From the human T2T-CHM13v2.0 reference genome, Homo sapiens: 64,000 nucleotides of DNA. A program made the position numbers and the translations under genes. This document shows positions 26,568 through 40,250 of the stretch, piece by piece; position 1 is the first letter of the stretch; each line of letters begins with the position of its first letter. The DNA is taken from assembly GCF_009914755.1 (NCBI RefSeq), contig NC_060936.1; one strand, 5' to 3'. The notes beneath the pieces are model-generated. The model did no database searches and was not told the DNA's origin. It was given only the letters and a program-made list of their open reading frames with translations.

Positions 26568-28998
26568 TGAGTGGTTAGACCTGGAGCTGGAGGCCACGAC
26601 AGTTGTTCTACCTCCCCCAGGTAAGTCTCTGTGAGCTTGCTGGGGTCCCCAACAGGAGAAGAGCTCTGCTGGAATGCAGGCCTGCTGAGTCTTAAACAGC
26701 CTCACTGGTGCCTGAGCTTGTCGGCCTGTGTCACAGACTGCGGCGAGCCCTTTTGCTCCCGTCGGGAACTGCCCCCTCGGCTGGCCTCGGCCAGGAGCTG
26801 GGTCAGCTTGGAGATGTCTCTTATGCTCCTTATGCCTCCGCTTTCCCAACTCTCGGTAGAGGACCTAGTGGGCTCGTGGGATGCGGCGCTGGAAGAGACT
26901 TTGGGGAGTGGGTCCAACCCCTCCTGCATATAGGCAGACTGAGCCGTCCATTTACCAAAAAGGGGAGGAAGCGTGAATGAAGGCAACACTTGGCAGCTGT
27001 CAGGGTGAAAGGAGCCCTGAGAATTCTCTTTATATGTGGCAAAGGGACCAGGTCAGCAAGGGCTGGTCTGCCCAAGGCTACACGGTGGCAGGGAGGAAAC
27101 GGTCCCGCGGGACGGCATTCCGCCTGACTTCCCGCTCTGATCCAGCACCCAACACGGGCAGCCTGAATTATTCACCATGTGAGAGAGGCTGGCCCCTGAG
27201 TGACTCAGATCTCCTTTCAGCCTCATTCTAGAATCACTCAACACCTCGCAATACGGGCTTATGTTTTCTTGTCACTGGAGCTTTTATGCCACCTTGATCT
27301 CCAGGGAGGTGGGGGGCGCAGGGAGTCGCTCTTCCGCAGCGGCTCTCTTAGCCTGCTGTCAGGCCCTTCTCTGGGAGGGGCGAGCGGCTTCTGGTGATGC
27401 AGATCCTTTTGAGAGGGAGCTGAATGCGTTGGATTTTATTTCCTGGGGAAAGTCAAGTCTGAAGAATGCTGATTTTCAAATGGCTTGGGGTGGTGGTATG
27501 GGGCTGGCTGATCTGGTAGCAGACGGGCTCAGAGGGGTGAGAGGGTGAGCGGAGACATGAGGTAACCCAAGATGGCCAGAAAAAGGGTCTCCGGTGGCTT
27601 CCATGGCTGTACCTGTGCTCACTTCTCGCCAAGAACAGTGAGGCTTGCTGTTAGGCTGCAGGGAGGCCTGGGCCAGATCTAGCCACGTGTCAGCTCTCAG
27701 CTGTCATCGATCCTCCAGGCAGGGAAGGGGAGAGTCTCATCCTGTTCCTTCAAGCTCCACCCTTTGGGACAGCAGACACCCAGACCCCTACTGGACAAGA
27801 CTCAAGGCTGTTCAGACCCAGCTCACAGCCCATCGGCCCACCCCGACCTGGGACAGCCAGGTCCCAGGTCCCATGTCAGGGTGGGCCGATGGGCTGTGAG
27901 CTGGGTCTGAACTTCTCCATCAGTTCTCTGGCTGGGGTCTTTTCTCTAGGCTGGGTGGAACTGACCTCGGCTGGGCTGACCTGGTGGGGCTGAACTATTT
28001 TGAATTCTTCCCAGTTCTCTTTCACGATGAGCAGGCTTCTCTGCTACTCAGGAGGACACTTAGGGGTTTTTGAGGCCACTATTGGAAAGGGCTGCTGCAT
28101 AATGGAAGGCACTGCTCTGATGTGATTGTTCCCTGAGGGTTACTTCTCCCAGCCCTACAGACAGGACCCCATGCTCGCTACGCAGAAGGGTCTTGGGCAA
28201 AAGATGGGACCAGGAAACGAATTCTATTAATCGGGCCATTGTGCAGGAATGCTGCCCTGTAGCCCCTAGGAACAGAAGCCCAGGCTGAGAGCCTAGATGG
28301 CTTTAGGGTGGGGGTTAAAGTGGAATGTGTCCTGGGCCCCATGACTTGTCAATGTTGAAGTGGGTTTGTACATCTTAGCCTGTCACTCCCACAGTGGGAC
28401 CCTAGGTGCACAGCCTGGGCTCTAAATCCTCATGCCAAACTGCTGGCGTCATCATGGGTGTGGGATTGATGGAAACATAACAGCACTTGGGACGCCGTGA
28501 AGGACAGGGCTAGGAGTGCTGTTTTGTGCTCTCGCCTTTCCATACACAGCTCCAGAGTTGGGGTGGGCCACAGAGGGGAGGGAGCCAGCAGCCTGGCCAT
28601 TTTCCCTGGGAAACAAACTCTGTCCCAGCAGTGACACTGGGAGAGGGCATGGGAGCAGGTTTCTCTGACAACCTTATCTCCTTTCTTGTGTCAACATCCA
28701 TGGTGTCAGTGGGACCCAAACTCCCCGGGAGATGACTGTGGGAGGCCCTGTGAGCTTCCTATCACTGCACCAGCATGGCTTGTCTCTGGGCTCTGGCTGA
28801 GTCTGCAGGGTCATTCTCCACTCAAGTGATTCCTCTGCCAGATGTGTGGCAAGGCAGGGCGCCCTGCAGACACTGTGTGATGTCCATTAATATGGAAGTG
28901 GCTTTGGATTTGTTAATTATGCTTTTATGTGGTTAATAAACGTTTATGCATTGATTGTGGCTTGTGCCAAAGGAGATAAAGCCAAGAGCCTGTTATGA

Positions 28999-29751
<753 letters not shown>

Positions 29752-30349
29752 TGACTCAGAGAGCAGGCCAGGGGAAAGAAGGGGGCGACCCTGCCTCTGT
29801 GCCAGCTCGGCTAGAAAAGTCACAAGCCTCCCCTCACATGAGCCATCACCCTTCCTGCCAATGGGAGAGAGGCTGGTGCTGCTCCCTCCACCCCCACCCT
29901 CCCCTCCCTGCTCTGCATCCCCTCCCCCAGCCAGCTCCCCACTTTCTCCTAGGACTCACTGAACTGGATCTCCCTTTCTTAGGTTACATAAGGGCAGTAA
30001 AGACACCTGGGCTTTGTATCCCGCCAAGTTTGCCTGTGGGCTTCCCCAGTGTGGTAGAAGGAGGGAGAAAAACAGCTCTTCTGAAGAATACAGCCATCTC
30101 TTAAACATCTCCCCTTACATGAGAGGGGAATAGAATGAATCCTCAGTAAAACCAAATCTTCCTTTTGGTGACAGTGCCAACTTCCTCTCCCAAGTTTTAT
30201 TATCCAAACTTTAAGAAGAAGTCAAATGGGTTAGGCTTTACTTTCTTCCCTTCCCATTTTCTTTAATATGGGAAAGTGCTGTAATGACCTATGACATGAT
30301 CACATGACATGGGAGAGGAGGGTGCGCAAGATGGTGGTGAGGAGGGCCA

Positions 30350-30560
30350 GGTCTGCGTCTGAATTTCGGCTCTGCCACCTGCCAGCTGTGTGATCTTGAG
30401 AAAGCTGGTTACCCTTTCGCTGTGGCAGGGCCCGGTCTGTAAAGTGGGAAGGAAACAATATCTATTTCGTAGGGTCATTATGAGAATTAAATGTGGCAAT
30501 GCACGGAACGTGGCTTGAGAGGTGCCCAGCACAAAGTGAGTCCTCAATAAAACGTCCATT
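30350..30560 (+). mobile_element. MIR (further MIR remnants at ~10740, 22070, 37640, 41100, 50930, 57760, 59000)
   Basis: ctctgccac...ctgtgtgatcttg...ctgtaaagtggg...atgagaattaaatg core. Confidence 0.7.
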
Positions 30561-32273
30561 TATCCGTTCACTTCCTGGTAATAATCAAATACTAAGTGGA
30601 CTTGAAACACCATTTGGCACGAAGAAGATGCTCAATGAATGTTTGCTGGGCTAAGGAATCAACATTTAAGTGGTGAAAATAATGCCAATGCTTTTTGTTA
30701 AAGTCTTACTACTTTCATTTAATCTCCAGCCACAATTTCAATTATTTCCATGAAATTCTCCTGTGTTAGTTAATTAAAAATGTTTTACAAACTATAAAGT
30801 GCCACAAAATGTTAGTCACTATGATCATTTCCCCCATTTTCATGAGCGGGGAAATAATGATTACTACTTATATAGTTTCCAGTTTACCAATGTCTTTTCA
30901 TGTACATGATTTTAAACCTTACAGCAGCTAATTGAGATAGACCTTCTTATTTTACAGCTAAGAAAACTAAAACTCATAAGTAATTAAATAAATTAAATAA
31001 TTTTCACAAGATGACACAGCCAGGATTCAACCGTGGGTCTTCCCAGCAGGGAAATGAGGCTGCATCCCTGTCAGCACCCAGCTTTGCATCCCCAGGCAGC
31101 ACTGATACGTGTTCCTGGGATGTGAGGTTTGCTGCAGGCCACCGAGGTGTCAGCCGCACAGGGGAACTAGGCCGGGTGTCTTCAGACCCTCCTCTCCTGT
31201 GGTCGCCGGGAACTGAATTCCCAGCACAAAAATGCATGCCATGAGAATGTGCAGTTTTCAGACTTTTTCAATAGCGGAGTTGCTTTCAACATTGCATTTC
31301 TTAAAAACAAAATCCTGGAATATTTCCATCGGCATCCCAGGGAAAGATTGATGCCTATTGTATGAGGAGACTTGCGGCAGATGGGCTGCAGAGGGAGCTG
31401 CCAGTGACGGAGTGGCTGCAGCCCGCATCTTTTCGGCAGGGGGTCTAGTGCCTGCATCCAGATTTCACTGGAAGCTGAAAGAGGGCCAGAATCCAACTTT
31501 CACTTCCTAGGGGAGGTCTAGACAGATTATTGTCCTCAACCACCTTCTCTCTCACCCCAGCCCTGTCCTGCATCTGTGTCTCCCTCTGTCCAAGCCAGCC
31601 TCCACCATCATCATGAAGACATCCTGGCGAGCCCGTGCGCCCAGGTACCCACACCTCCTCATCAACACCAGCCTCCTCTCCTTGGCCTCGTGTGCCTCCA
31701 GGATTCCCCCTCCAGATGCCTTTGTACTCACAGGGCTGTGGTTGGGGCACCGATGGGGCCATTGGATTGCTCCTAAGGAGGAGAAGGAGAACATTCCTGC
31801 CCAACTCTTTTCCTCTCTACGCCAGGAAGGGAGCTGCCCATTCTTAGGCAACCAAAAGGTCTTGCGTGGAGGGGCAGCGGCAGGGGCAGTGGGTTTTGAC
31901 TGCTGTCCTTTGAGTGAGAGGTAAGAACCCTAGAAGGATAAGATGCTGTGTTGAGAACGGTATCCTGGGCTCACAGACAGGTGATGAGCAGGCAGATTCG
32001 GGGGCAGAGAGTGTGGCAGGGACGCTCAGCTCTCTAATGACAGCCCTTTCCTGGGAACCTCCCCATGTTAGCACTGCCTTACTCTGTGGGTCCGTTTGGC
32101 CTGGGAGAGGACAGGCCGGATGGAAGTGGCTGCGTGCTTCTCTATAAAATGGGAATAAAGACAATATCCATTTCACATGGCTTCTGCGAGGATGAAATGG
32201 CACGATATACGTAACTCACTGTGGACTTGGCTCAATCAATGCTGTTTTCCCTCCTCCGCTTCCTCTTCTATAG

Positions 32274-32864
<591 letters not shown>

Positions 32865-34895
32865 GCGCCCATCCCCACCCGGCCAGGTAGGAAGGGCGGG
32901 GAGAGCACACGGCATTGCTCAGCCACAGCTCCCACCTTGACCCGGCGCTGGCCACTGCCTCCCCGAGTCCACCCTCCTCCCCGCCCTCCAGCAGACAAGC
33001 CACACCGGGTTCTCTCCCTGCACTTTCGAGGCTCCCTGAAAGCCACCGTGCTGGGGGCTCCTGCTGATGCTCCTGTCTGGGCCAGTAAATCTTTGGAACA
33101 TGTGGGGGATCTCCCTAAGCTCTGGCCACAGCAAAGCAAGGAGGTGTGTGCAAGAGGAGGCTTCCGGACTGGGCATTCCCCTGTCGCCCTTCCTGCCCTG
33201 GGGTGGCCATAGCTGGTGACTCTTCCTACCTTGCTGGTCCCACCTCACCTGCATTGAGGGGACGGGGAGGGAGGGATCTGAGGGATGAAGGTAGATTTCT
33301 GAGACTCTCTCCTAAGCCAGAAAGACGTTCTTAACACCCCTGCAGTGTGAAAGCTGGTCCAGCTCTACAACTGTTGGTACCAATGTGCAAACACACCAGC
33401 CCTGCCATCTGGACCCAGCACTCAGAAACACCATACACCCCTGGCCGACGCCATCATGCCCCTGGATCTGCTATAGGCCACACTGACCACATGCTCCTGG
33501 ATTCGCTAATTCACTCACACACCCATTGCATCACCAGTGCGGTCACATGGATTGAAAGAATTAATACACACACACACACACACACACTCACACGGTCACA
33601 CGGAGACCGAGGCTATGAGCGCTCGAACAGCAGAGACATGCTCTTCCCCAGGGGTCTCCCTGAGACCACAGAGCCTCTCGCGTGCTCACTGCAATCTTCT
33701 CAAGTCAACAGCAGGAAGGAACTCAACCAGTAACACCAGGATCCTTTGAGATCCTCTAAAGTGGGCCAAAGTGGTGCCCCTGGAGGAGCCCTCCTGTCAC
33801 CATGGTAACCCTCTCACACCTCTCCTGCTGGGCTTTCCCGGGATACCACCCAGGGGCCTGGAGCGGCTGCATGTGTGCATGGCGGCCTCCTGAGGACCCA
33901 GCCACACACCACTGGTGTTGCCTCGGTCCTGCCCACGCATCTCACAGCACCAGGCCCTGTGGGGCCCCCACTGATTCCTCCACAGCCTGCAGCCTGGCAC
34001 CGTGACTCTGTGCCTCTCGCCCTCCATCTTCAGTACTCCTGGCCTGTGACTTCAGGGCTGGGACTTGGTGGTGCTTTGCCATTGGTGGCACCCTCTGGGG
34101 AAAGCAGGTGGCAGGCAGAGAACACGGTGGCTCCCCTGAGGCTCATTGCCTGCCAGCTTATTGCAGACAGAGCCCAGGAGCAGGAGCGGGTGGCCACGTG
34201 CTGCCCAGAGGCTCCCAGGATGGGGCCTCTGTTCCCGGGCTTTGTCTGCTCAGTGTGGCTCCCTAGAGCACCCAGCCGGGGCCAAACCAGAGAGTGGGTG
34301 GGGAGCCTGTCTGGGACAGAGCCACCTGCTGCCAAGGCAGTGCAAGTTTTCCAGGTTACCTGTCCCCCTCCCTAGCTCTGCCCCTCCTCAGAGTGTGAAG
34401 ATGGTGGGTACCTAGGTGTCATGCTCACAGGCTCAGGAGGCATCAGGCTCGTCCCTGGCTCTGGGATGGAATCTCAATGGGGGCTCAGGAAGAGGCCAGC
34501 AAGAACCCTGAAGCCAAGGGTCTGAGCAGAGGGAGTTGGCAGGCCTAGCTCCTGTGCCCCACTCCGACCCTCCCTGCTCATGCGGCAGTGGGTGGGTGAG
34601 GTGGGCTGGGGGCCTGGAGGAGTGCCTTTGAGGAGGTCAGTCCTGGCAGGTGGACAGAGGACGCCTGGCATGGGCTGCTTACTGGGACCCCAGGCGGCCC
34701 TGGCCATGGCCACAGTCTTCCTTCTTTTGGCGTGTGGGCTGGTACCAGATCTGGGGATTTTCTAAAGGGACTGGGGGGAGGGGAGGGCATTGTCAATGGT
34801 GGTATCTTTAGCCTGAGACAGAAGATTTTTAAAGGCAAAATTATATTTCTGGTTTGTTGTTTCAGAAGACCAATAAAGACTGTATTTTCCTATGT
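32865..34895 (+). other. LRTM2: LRTM2 3' UTR (~2 kb), with (CA)n at ~33567-33590
   Basis: Runs from the stop codon to AATAAA at 34872-34877; exact cleavage site approximate. Confidence 0.8.
34872..34877 (+). terminator. LRTM2: LRTM2 polyadenylation signal AATAAA
   Basis: Canonical hexamer with U-rich upstream and U/GU-rich downstream sequence. Confidence 0.8.
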
Positions 34896-37800
34896 ACTTC
34901 CTGGTTTCATTGGGTGGGAAGGGGACCTGGGTGCCAGGAGAGTTGCTTCCTGCCCCCCACCTCCCCAGGAGGCTGGACAAAGCACCGGTGGCCATGATCC
35001 TGATGCGTAGAGCTCTGATGACAGACGGTGCCTCCCACCCAGGGCCAGGGCTGGGGCACCGCTGGGAGAGGGCGGAGGCCGAGTCCTGGATCAGAGCCAG
35101 GCCCTGTGGCTGGGGGCAGTGAGCTCATGGCCTGGCAGATCCAGGATGGTACATCCACCCTGGCCTGACAGGCAGGTTCCTGAGCCTCAGGGCAGCTTCT
35201 CTGGGCGACACCGAGGTTGTGGTGCGAAGGTGAGCTGGGGAGCCCGCCATGGCCCGTGCCCTGTGGGTGCTGCTCATCCACCCAAGCTTGACATGAATCG
35301 GCCCTGGCAGCCAGGACAGATGGGCTCGTGTGGCGAGAAGGCACTGTTTGCCCAGAGGATGCTGCCGCACGGTGGGAGGGGAGGGCAGTTGGAGGGGCCT
35401 CGGCTGACTGGGTTCTTTCAGCCTCACTGGATGCTGGCGGGGCTGCTGGCCAGGAGGAGGAGCCTGTTCAGGGCTTACTCAGGCGACGGCAAACCATGCT
35501 CTGGGCCTGCAGGGTGAAGCCTCCACGGGGCTCAGCAGGTGGGCCCCGGAATTACGGACTGGAGGGCTGGGGAGTGAGGCACTGAGTAGAGGGGATGAGG
35601 AAGAGCATGAGACTCTGGGGTTATAAGCATGCTGCAAGCCCCACTGAAGAGCGAGCTCAACGCCCGGCCCGAGAACCCCCTCCTCAGCTATATGGTTCAT
35701 TAGTCTTCAGAGGCCAAGGCGGAATTTTCTCCTTCCTAGGATCTTCCTTTGGATAACAACCCAGCGAGCCAGGAGCAAACCCTAGAGGGAAGTGAACCAT
35801 CAGGGTCCCCCGGGAGTTCAGCTCCATTCCATGGCAGAGCTGGGGTGTCCGCCTTCCCCAGGTGGTGATAAGTGTAGGGATGTTGCTCTCCTATAGCCCT
35901 AATAATTATAGCAGGGCCCAAGACAAGTCTTCCCGAGCCCCACTGCAGAAGCAAGAACGGGGCCCCTCTCAGGCCTGGCACAGGTCTCTGTCATGCTTAT
36001 GTGTGTAATTCAAATGTCATGGTTCCCAGATAGAAGCCCTCAAAGGTCTGAAGGCTGGGCCTGTACTGAGGCTGACCTCTCAGGAGGGGAGAACTCTTGC
36101 AGCCCTGGCCGGCAGGAAGGGCCTCTGTGCAGGGGCTTGTGTACATTACAAGTCATGCTGGAAGAATGCTCGTCTGCTGGACAATCACTTGCCCGTTACA
36201 GCCCCATCCTGGAGCTTGACCTCATTCCTCGCCTAGGGCCTGGAGGACATGGAGAATTGAAAACAGATCCTGATCCAAAAGTTAGATCTCTGGAAATTTT
36301 GCAGTAGCTGTCTATAAACCACCTGCTTAGGGATGAACGCGATCTCTACTGGTCCGCTGCCCTCTGTGTGAGCCGGTGGTGTTATACACGGCAGTGACGC
36401 GCAGCCCGCCACTGCCCCCGTGGCTGGGCTGAGTGCCCGTCTCCTACCTTCCCCTCGAGCTCGGTGCGCAATCGTCACCATACAGCCCCCACCACAGACA
36501 CCACACTCAGCAGGCCTGGCGCTCACACGCTTACAGTGCCAGCCGTTTCCAGGGACAGCAAATGAACCACCTACCCCTCCTTCAGCTACAGGCTCCAGCT
36601 GGCCCCAGGATCAGGGAGGCTGAGCCACAGGCCAGGGAGAGGAAGTGGCAGAAGGAGACCAAAAGAAAAATCATAATTGAAGTATCAGGTCTCCAGCACC
36701 CCATTCTTTTCCTCTGACATTCATGCACCCCAGAGTGTAAGAGCGATTGTCTGCAGTGAGTTAAACTGGAGGCACTGGGACACTGTTTCTATGGCAACCC
36801 CTCTCGGCTCTAATTCAGCTCTGAGTTAAAAATGCTATCAAATAATTGGAGAGTGCAGGAAAGCACAGCCAGCAGCCTGACCCCCTGTCCCATCCTTCCT
36901 AGACCTCCAGGTGTACAGGAGCTGAGAAGGCCCCCATCACGTGGGAGCAGCACAGGCGCAGGCTTGGCTGGGAGCACAGAACAGTCTGTAGGGAGACGAT
37001 TTCGGAGTCAAAGTTTGGCCTGGAAATTGGGTCTGGGTTTAGTGTGCCCTGGGCCCAGGGAAGCACGGCAGCCAGGCGGGCACAAATCCCTTCCAAGTGC
37101 TGCAGGTGGCTGCATCGCACACGACCAGTGACACGGGGCTTCTACCCGGGCAATTTGGCAATGTCAGACGGAGCCATTCTCCCCCCGTCGCTTATCCCAG
37201 AGTGGCACACAGCCCAGGACCCCAACTCAGGATGGCCCTGGTGCCCTCTCTGAGGCAGGAAGACAGAGCCCAGCCGGCTCCTTTGCATTCCCTTTGCCCT
37301 GACCCTGTCTGCTCCGTCCCCATCCTGCTGCGAGAGTCCTCACCTGGCCAGGGCCTCGGTTATAAGGCAGGTGCCTGCCAGCTGCGTTCACGGAGCCAGG
37401 ATGGCTGAGCTCGAATGCCTGTTGGATCGCGCAACTTTTCAGAACACAGCTGGGTCCCAGGTACTGAAGCTAAAACAAGGGTAAGGAGCGCTTCATCGCA
37501 GGGACCTGATCGTTCTCAGACAGCTAGGCAGAGACACCAAGGACTCTGCAGGCACGAAGAAACTGAAAGTCAGGAGAAGCTTGTGAGGGTCACAGTTGCT
37601 CTCATCATGTAAGCCATGGCAAACCGCAGCACAGGGCAGTGAACCTGGGTTCCAACGAGAGGCGGTCTGCGTTCAAATCCCAGCCTCATTCATTATTAGC
37701 TGTGGGGCTTTGGGCAAGTAAGTTTTCTGTGTCTCAGTCCCCTCAGCTGTAAAGTAGAGCCAGAACCATCGCCTTCACTGGGTCACCCCAAGGACCACAT

Positions 37801-38427
37801 GGGAGGCAGTCCACAGTGCCCGGCACACGCTGAACACACACACTGAGCTCATGCCTCAGGGGTTCGAGTCACAGTCCCACTTCCCTCTTATACGAGACCC
37901 CAAGGCAATAGGAGACGGAGCAGGTAAGGGAATGGCACAGGAATCAGCATCCATTGTTTGCTCTATAAAGAGGCAGGGCATCTTGGTGGTTAGTAACACC
38001 TTTTGGGGGAAAAGACAGGTCTGGACTGAATTATGGCATCCGATCCCCGCTAGTTGGGTTGCTTTGAGCCAAACGTTCTGAGCCTATGGTCCTCATTTAT
38101 AAAATAGGCACTGACAGTAATACCTACACTCTAAAATATTTGTAAAGGTTAAATCAGTTAATACTGCAAAAGAGCTTTCGCAAGCTTTAATGTTTAGGCA
38201 AATCAGTAGGAATCTCAGTAAAGCGCACTCTGGTTGAACAGGTATGGGCTGGAACCTGAGACTATGTGTTTCTAACAGAGGCCCAGGCAATTTCAGCGCT
38301 GCTGGTCTTCAGGTCATCTTTTCAACAGCAAAGTTTTCAAGAAGTTACCACACTGTAAATACTCGGTAAATATTAGCTTTATGATGATGACGATGATTGA
38401 TAAAAGACCTAGAATAAAAGAGCTCTG

Positions 38428-38532
38428 CCCGCCAGCCTTCCTTTCAGCTACAGAATGCCTCAGTAATGCTCTATTAACCCGCCAGCCTTCCTTTCAGCTA
38501 CAGAATGCCTCAGTAATGCTCTATTAACCCGC
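38428..38532. repeat. Perfect 50-bp tandem duplication
   Basis: Two identical 50-nt units plus CCCGC. Confidence 0.97.
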
Positions 38533-38882
38533 AGGAAGTGTTTCTCAAGAGAAGCTTGCATACGGTAAATATATTATGTGGAAGAGGGGGGGTGGGTGGG
38601 GGGCGGCGGGGGGCTGGGCTGCAGTCTCTGTTCCGTGTGGCCGTGCAGATCTCCTAGCCTCTCTGGGCTTCATTTTGCTCACTTCGTGAATACTTTCACA
38701 TCCAAAGTTTTATGGTTTTACAAATGAAATGGCTTAGGAAGAGTGCACTTCCACCCATCCCACATTCCACCGGCAGGACTGTGGCCCTGGCCACATGTGC
38801 AGGGCCTTCTGCTGTGATCTATGCCTTGCTCTTTACACTGTCCCCAGCTTCCTGGCCTCAACACCACAAGGGCCGTTCCTAC

Positions 38883-38963
38883 CTGCAGCAATGGCTGTCC
38901 TCTTGTCCACGGTCACCGCCACAGCTGTGCTTGCCGTCACCACCATGGGTTCACCCGCACTTT
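38883..38963 (-). CDS. CACNA2D4: CACNA2D4 exon 26 (81 nt) ESAGEPMVVTASTAVAVTVDKRTAIAA
   Basis: tttccccag acceptor, AG|gtagga donor. Confidence 0.96.
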
Positions 38964-39099
38964 CTGGGGAAACAGAGACAACCCAGTCACTGGGGAAGAG
39001 CTGTGGTTGGGGCAGGTGGAGCGCTACCACTTTCTTGGAATAGGAGATGGGAATAAAAGCAGGCGAAGGCATCCTTGGAAGAATTGAGGCGAGGGTGGG

Positions 39100-40250
39100 G
39101 ACAGGGGTTGTGTTTGGAGAAGTTGCTGCTGTGATGGTGACCCCAACACGGGTCTTGGACAGACACACACATGGCCTCTGGCCGCCAGCACAGTGCAGGG
39201 CTGCAGTGGCCCCACGACACTGGGGTTTCTGCGTGTTTGTCGGCTGCGGCATGCATTTTGCCCACAACACCTGTGTTGTATCCAGTGATCCCTTCCAACG
39301 GCAGGAAGGACAGGCTGCATTTCAGCACTGGGTGGTGGGTGATCCTGGATTGCTCTCTGTGAGTCTGCGTGAGTCAGGGAGGACGCCGACAGTCAGTCCC
39401 AATCAGGAAGCCAGATGCCACAGCCGAGCCACCATGCGGCCCTGGGCAGCGAGATGACGGACCCTCCACTGCACAACCGCTCTCCGGGTCTTTCACTTGC
39501 TTCTCAGCTGTTGCTCCACTTCTGGGACTCTGCAGCAACTCAGGGCAAGTCCTGAGGCTCCTGAAGGCCACAGGGCTTGCCTCGCATTGCTCTCTCCACT
39601 TCTTCTGGAACAATCAGGCCACCATAGGTGCACAGTTTAGAGGGCAGTTTCAGCTCCACATTGAAACAGAGCTTTCTGGTTCTGACTGGGGCTGGCTACT
39701 TCGGGGCCTCAGGCTTCTTAATTCTCATCAGTCCTTGGCCCCGGACTTGAATTTCAAAGCACTCTTGTCTGCAGGTCAAATGCAGACTCAACTTCTGAGA
39801 AAGGGGCAAACAGTTTCTGATGTGCTATCACATTTTGTTAGAATGTCTTGATGTCAAATGTTGCCTGAAGCAAACAGGTCATGGGACTCTTGTGTGGCGA
39901 TTATGACAACAGTGTCAATTGTCCCGGGACTTAACCACCAGCTTCTCACATCTGCCACGTCACCAAGATTACCCATCACACCCGCTGTCGTCAAATATCT
40001 CAAGAAACCTAAAACTGCAGTCTGATTCCAGGAACTTCCAATATGTAAGGTTGTCCTTGATTCTAGAAATTTGCCCCATGATGACGAAGGGACAATTCCC
40101 CACCTTGTGTCTACAGACATCTCGAAGGTGGTGATGTGGCAGCCCCGACAATATTCCCTGGGTCCCACAGCCCATTTTCTGGGACAGACCTTCCGTCGCA
40201 TTTGTACCCCAGCCAGCAGAGGCTTGTAGGAAACGCAGATGTGAGCATGT
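39100..40250 (-). mobile_element. Highly decayed non-LTR retrotransposon RT remnant (RTE/L4-like)
   Basis: Broken minus-strand translations loosely echo RTE RT motifs in the expected order (PE..CG, YL..AG..NL, AS.VAF.SL, W....TQVL, LHCAG). Confidence 0.4.

Noticed and set aside
40150-40235. Minus-strand 'LAGVQMRRKVCPRKWA' resembles exon 27 'AAGVQMKLEFLQRKFWA' (duplicated exon?)
   Set aside because: Five-residue matches are expected by chance in six frames of 64 kb. It lies on the wrong side of exon 26, the nearest acceptor gives the wrong phase, there is no matching donor, and the region is better explained as a LINE fossil.
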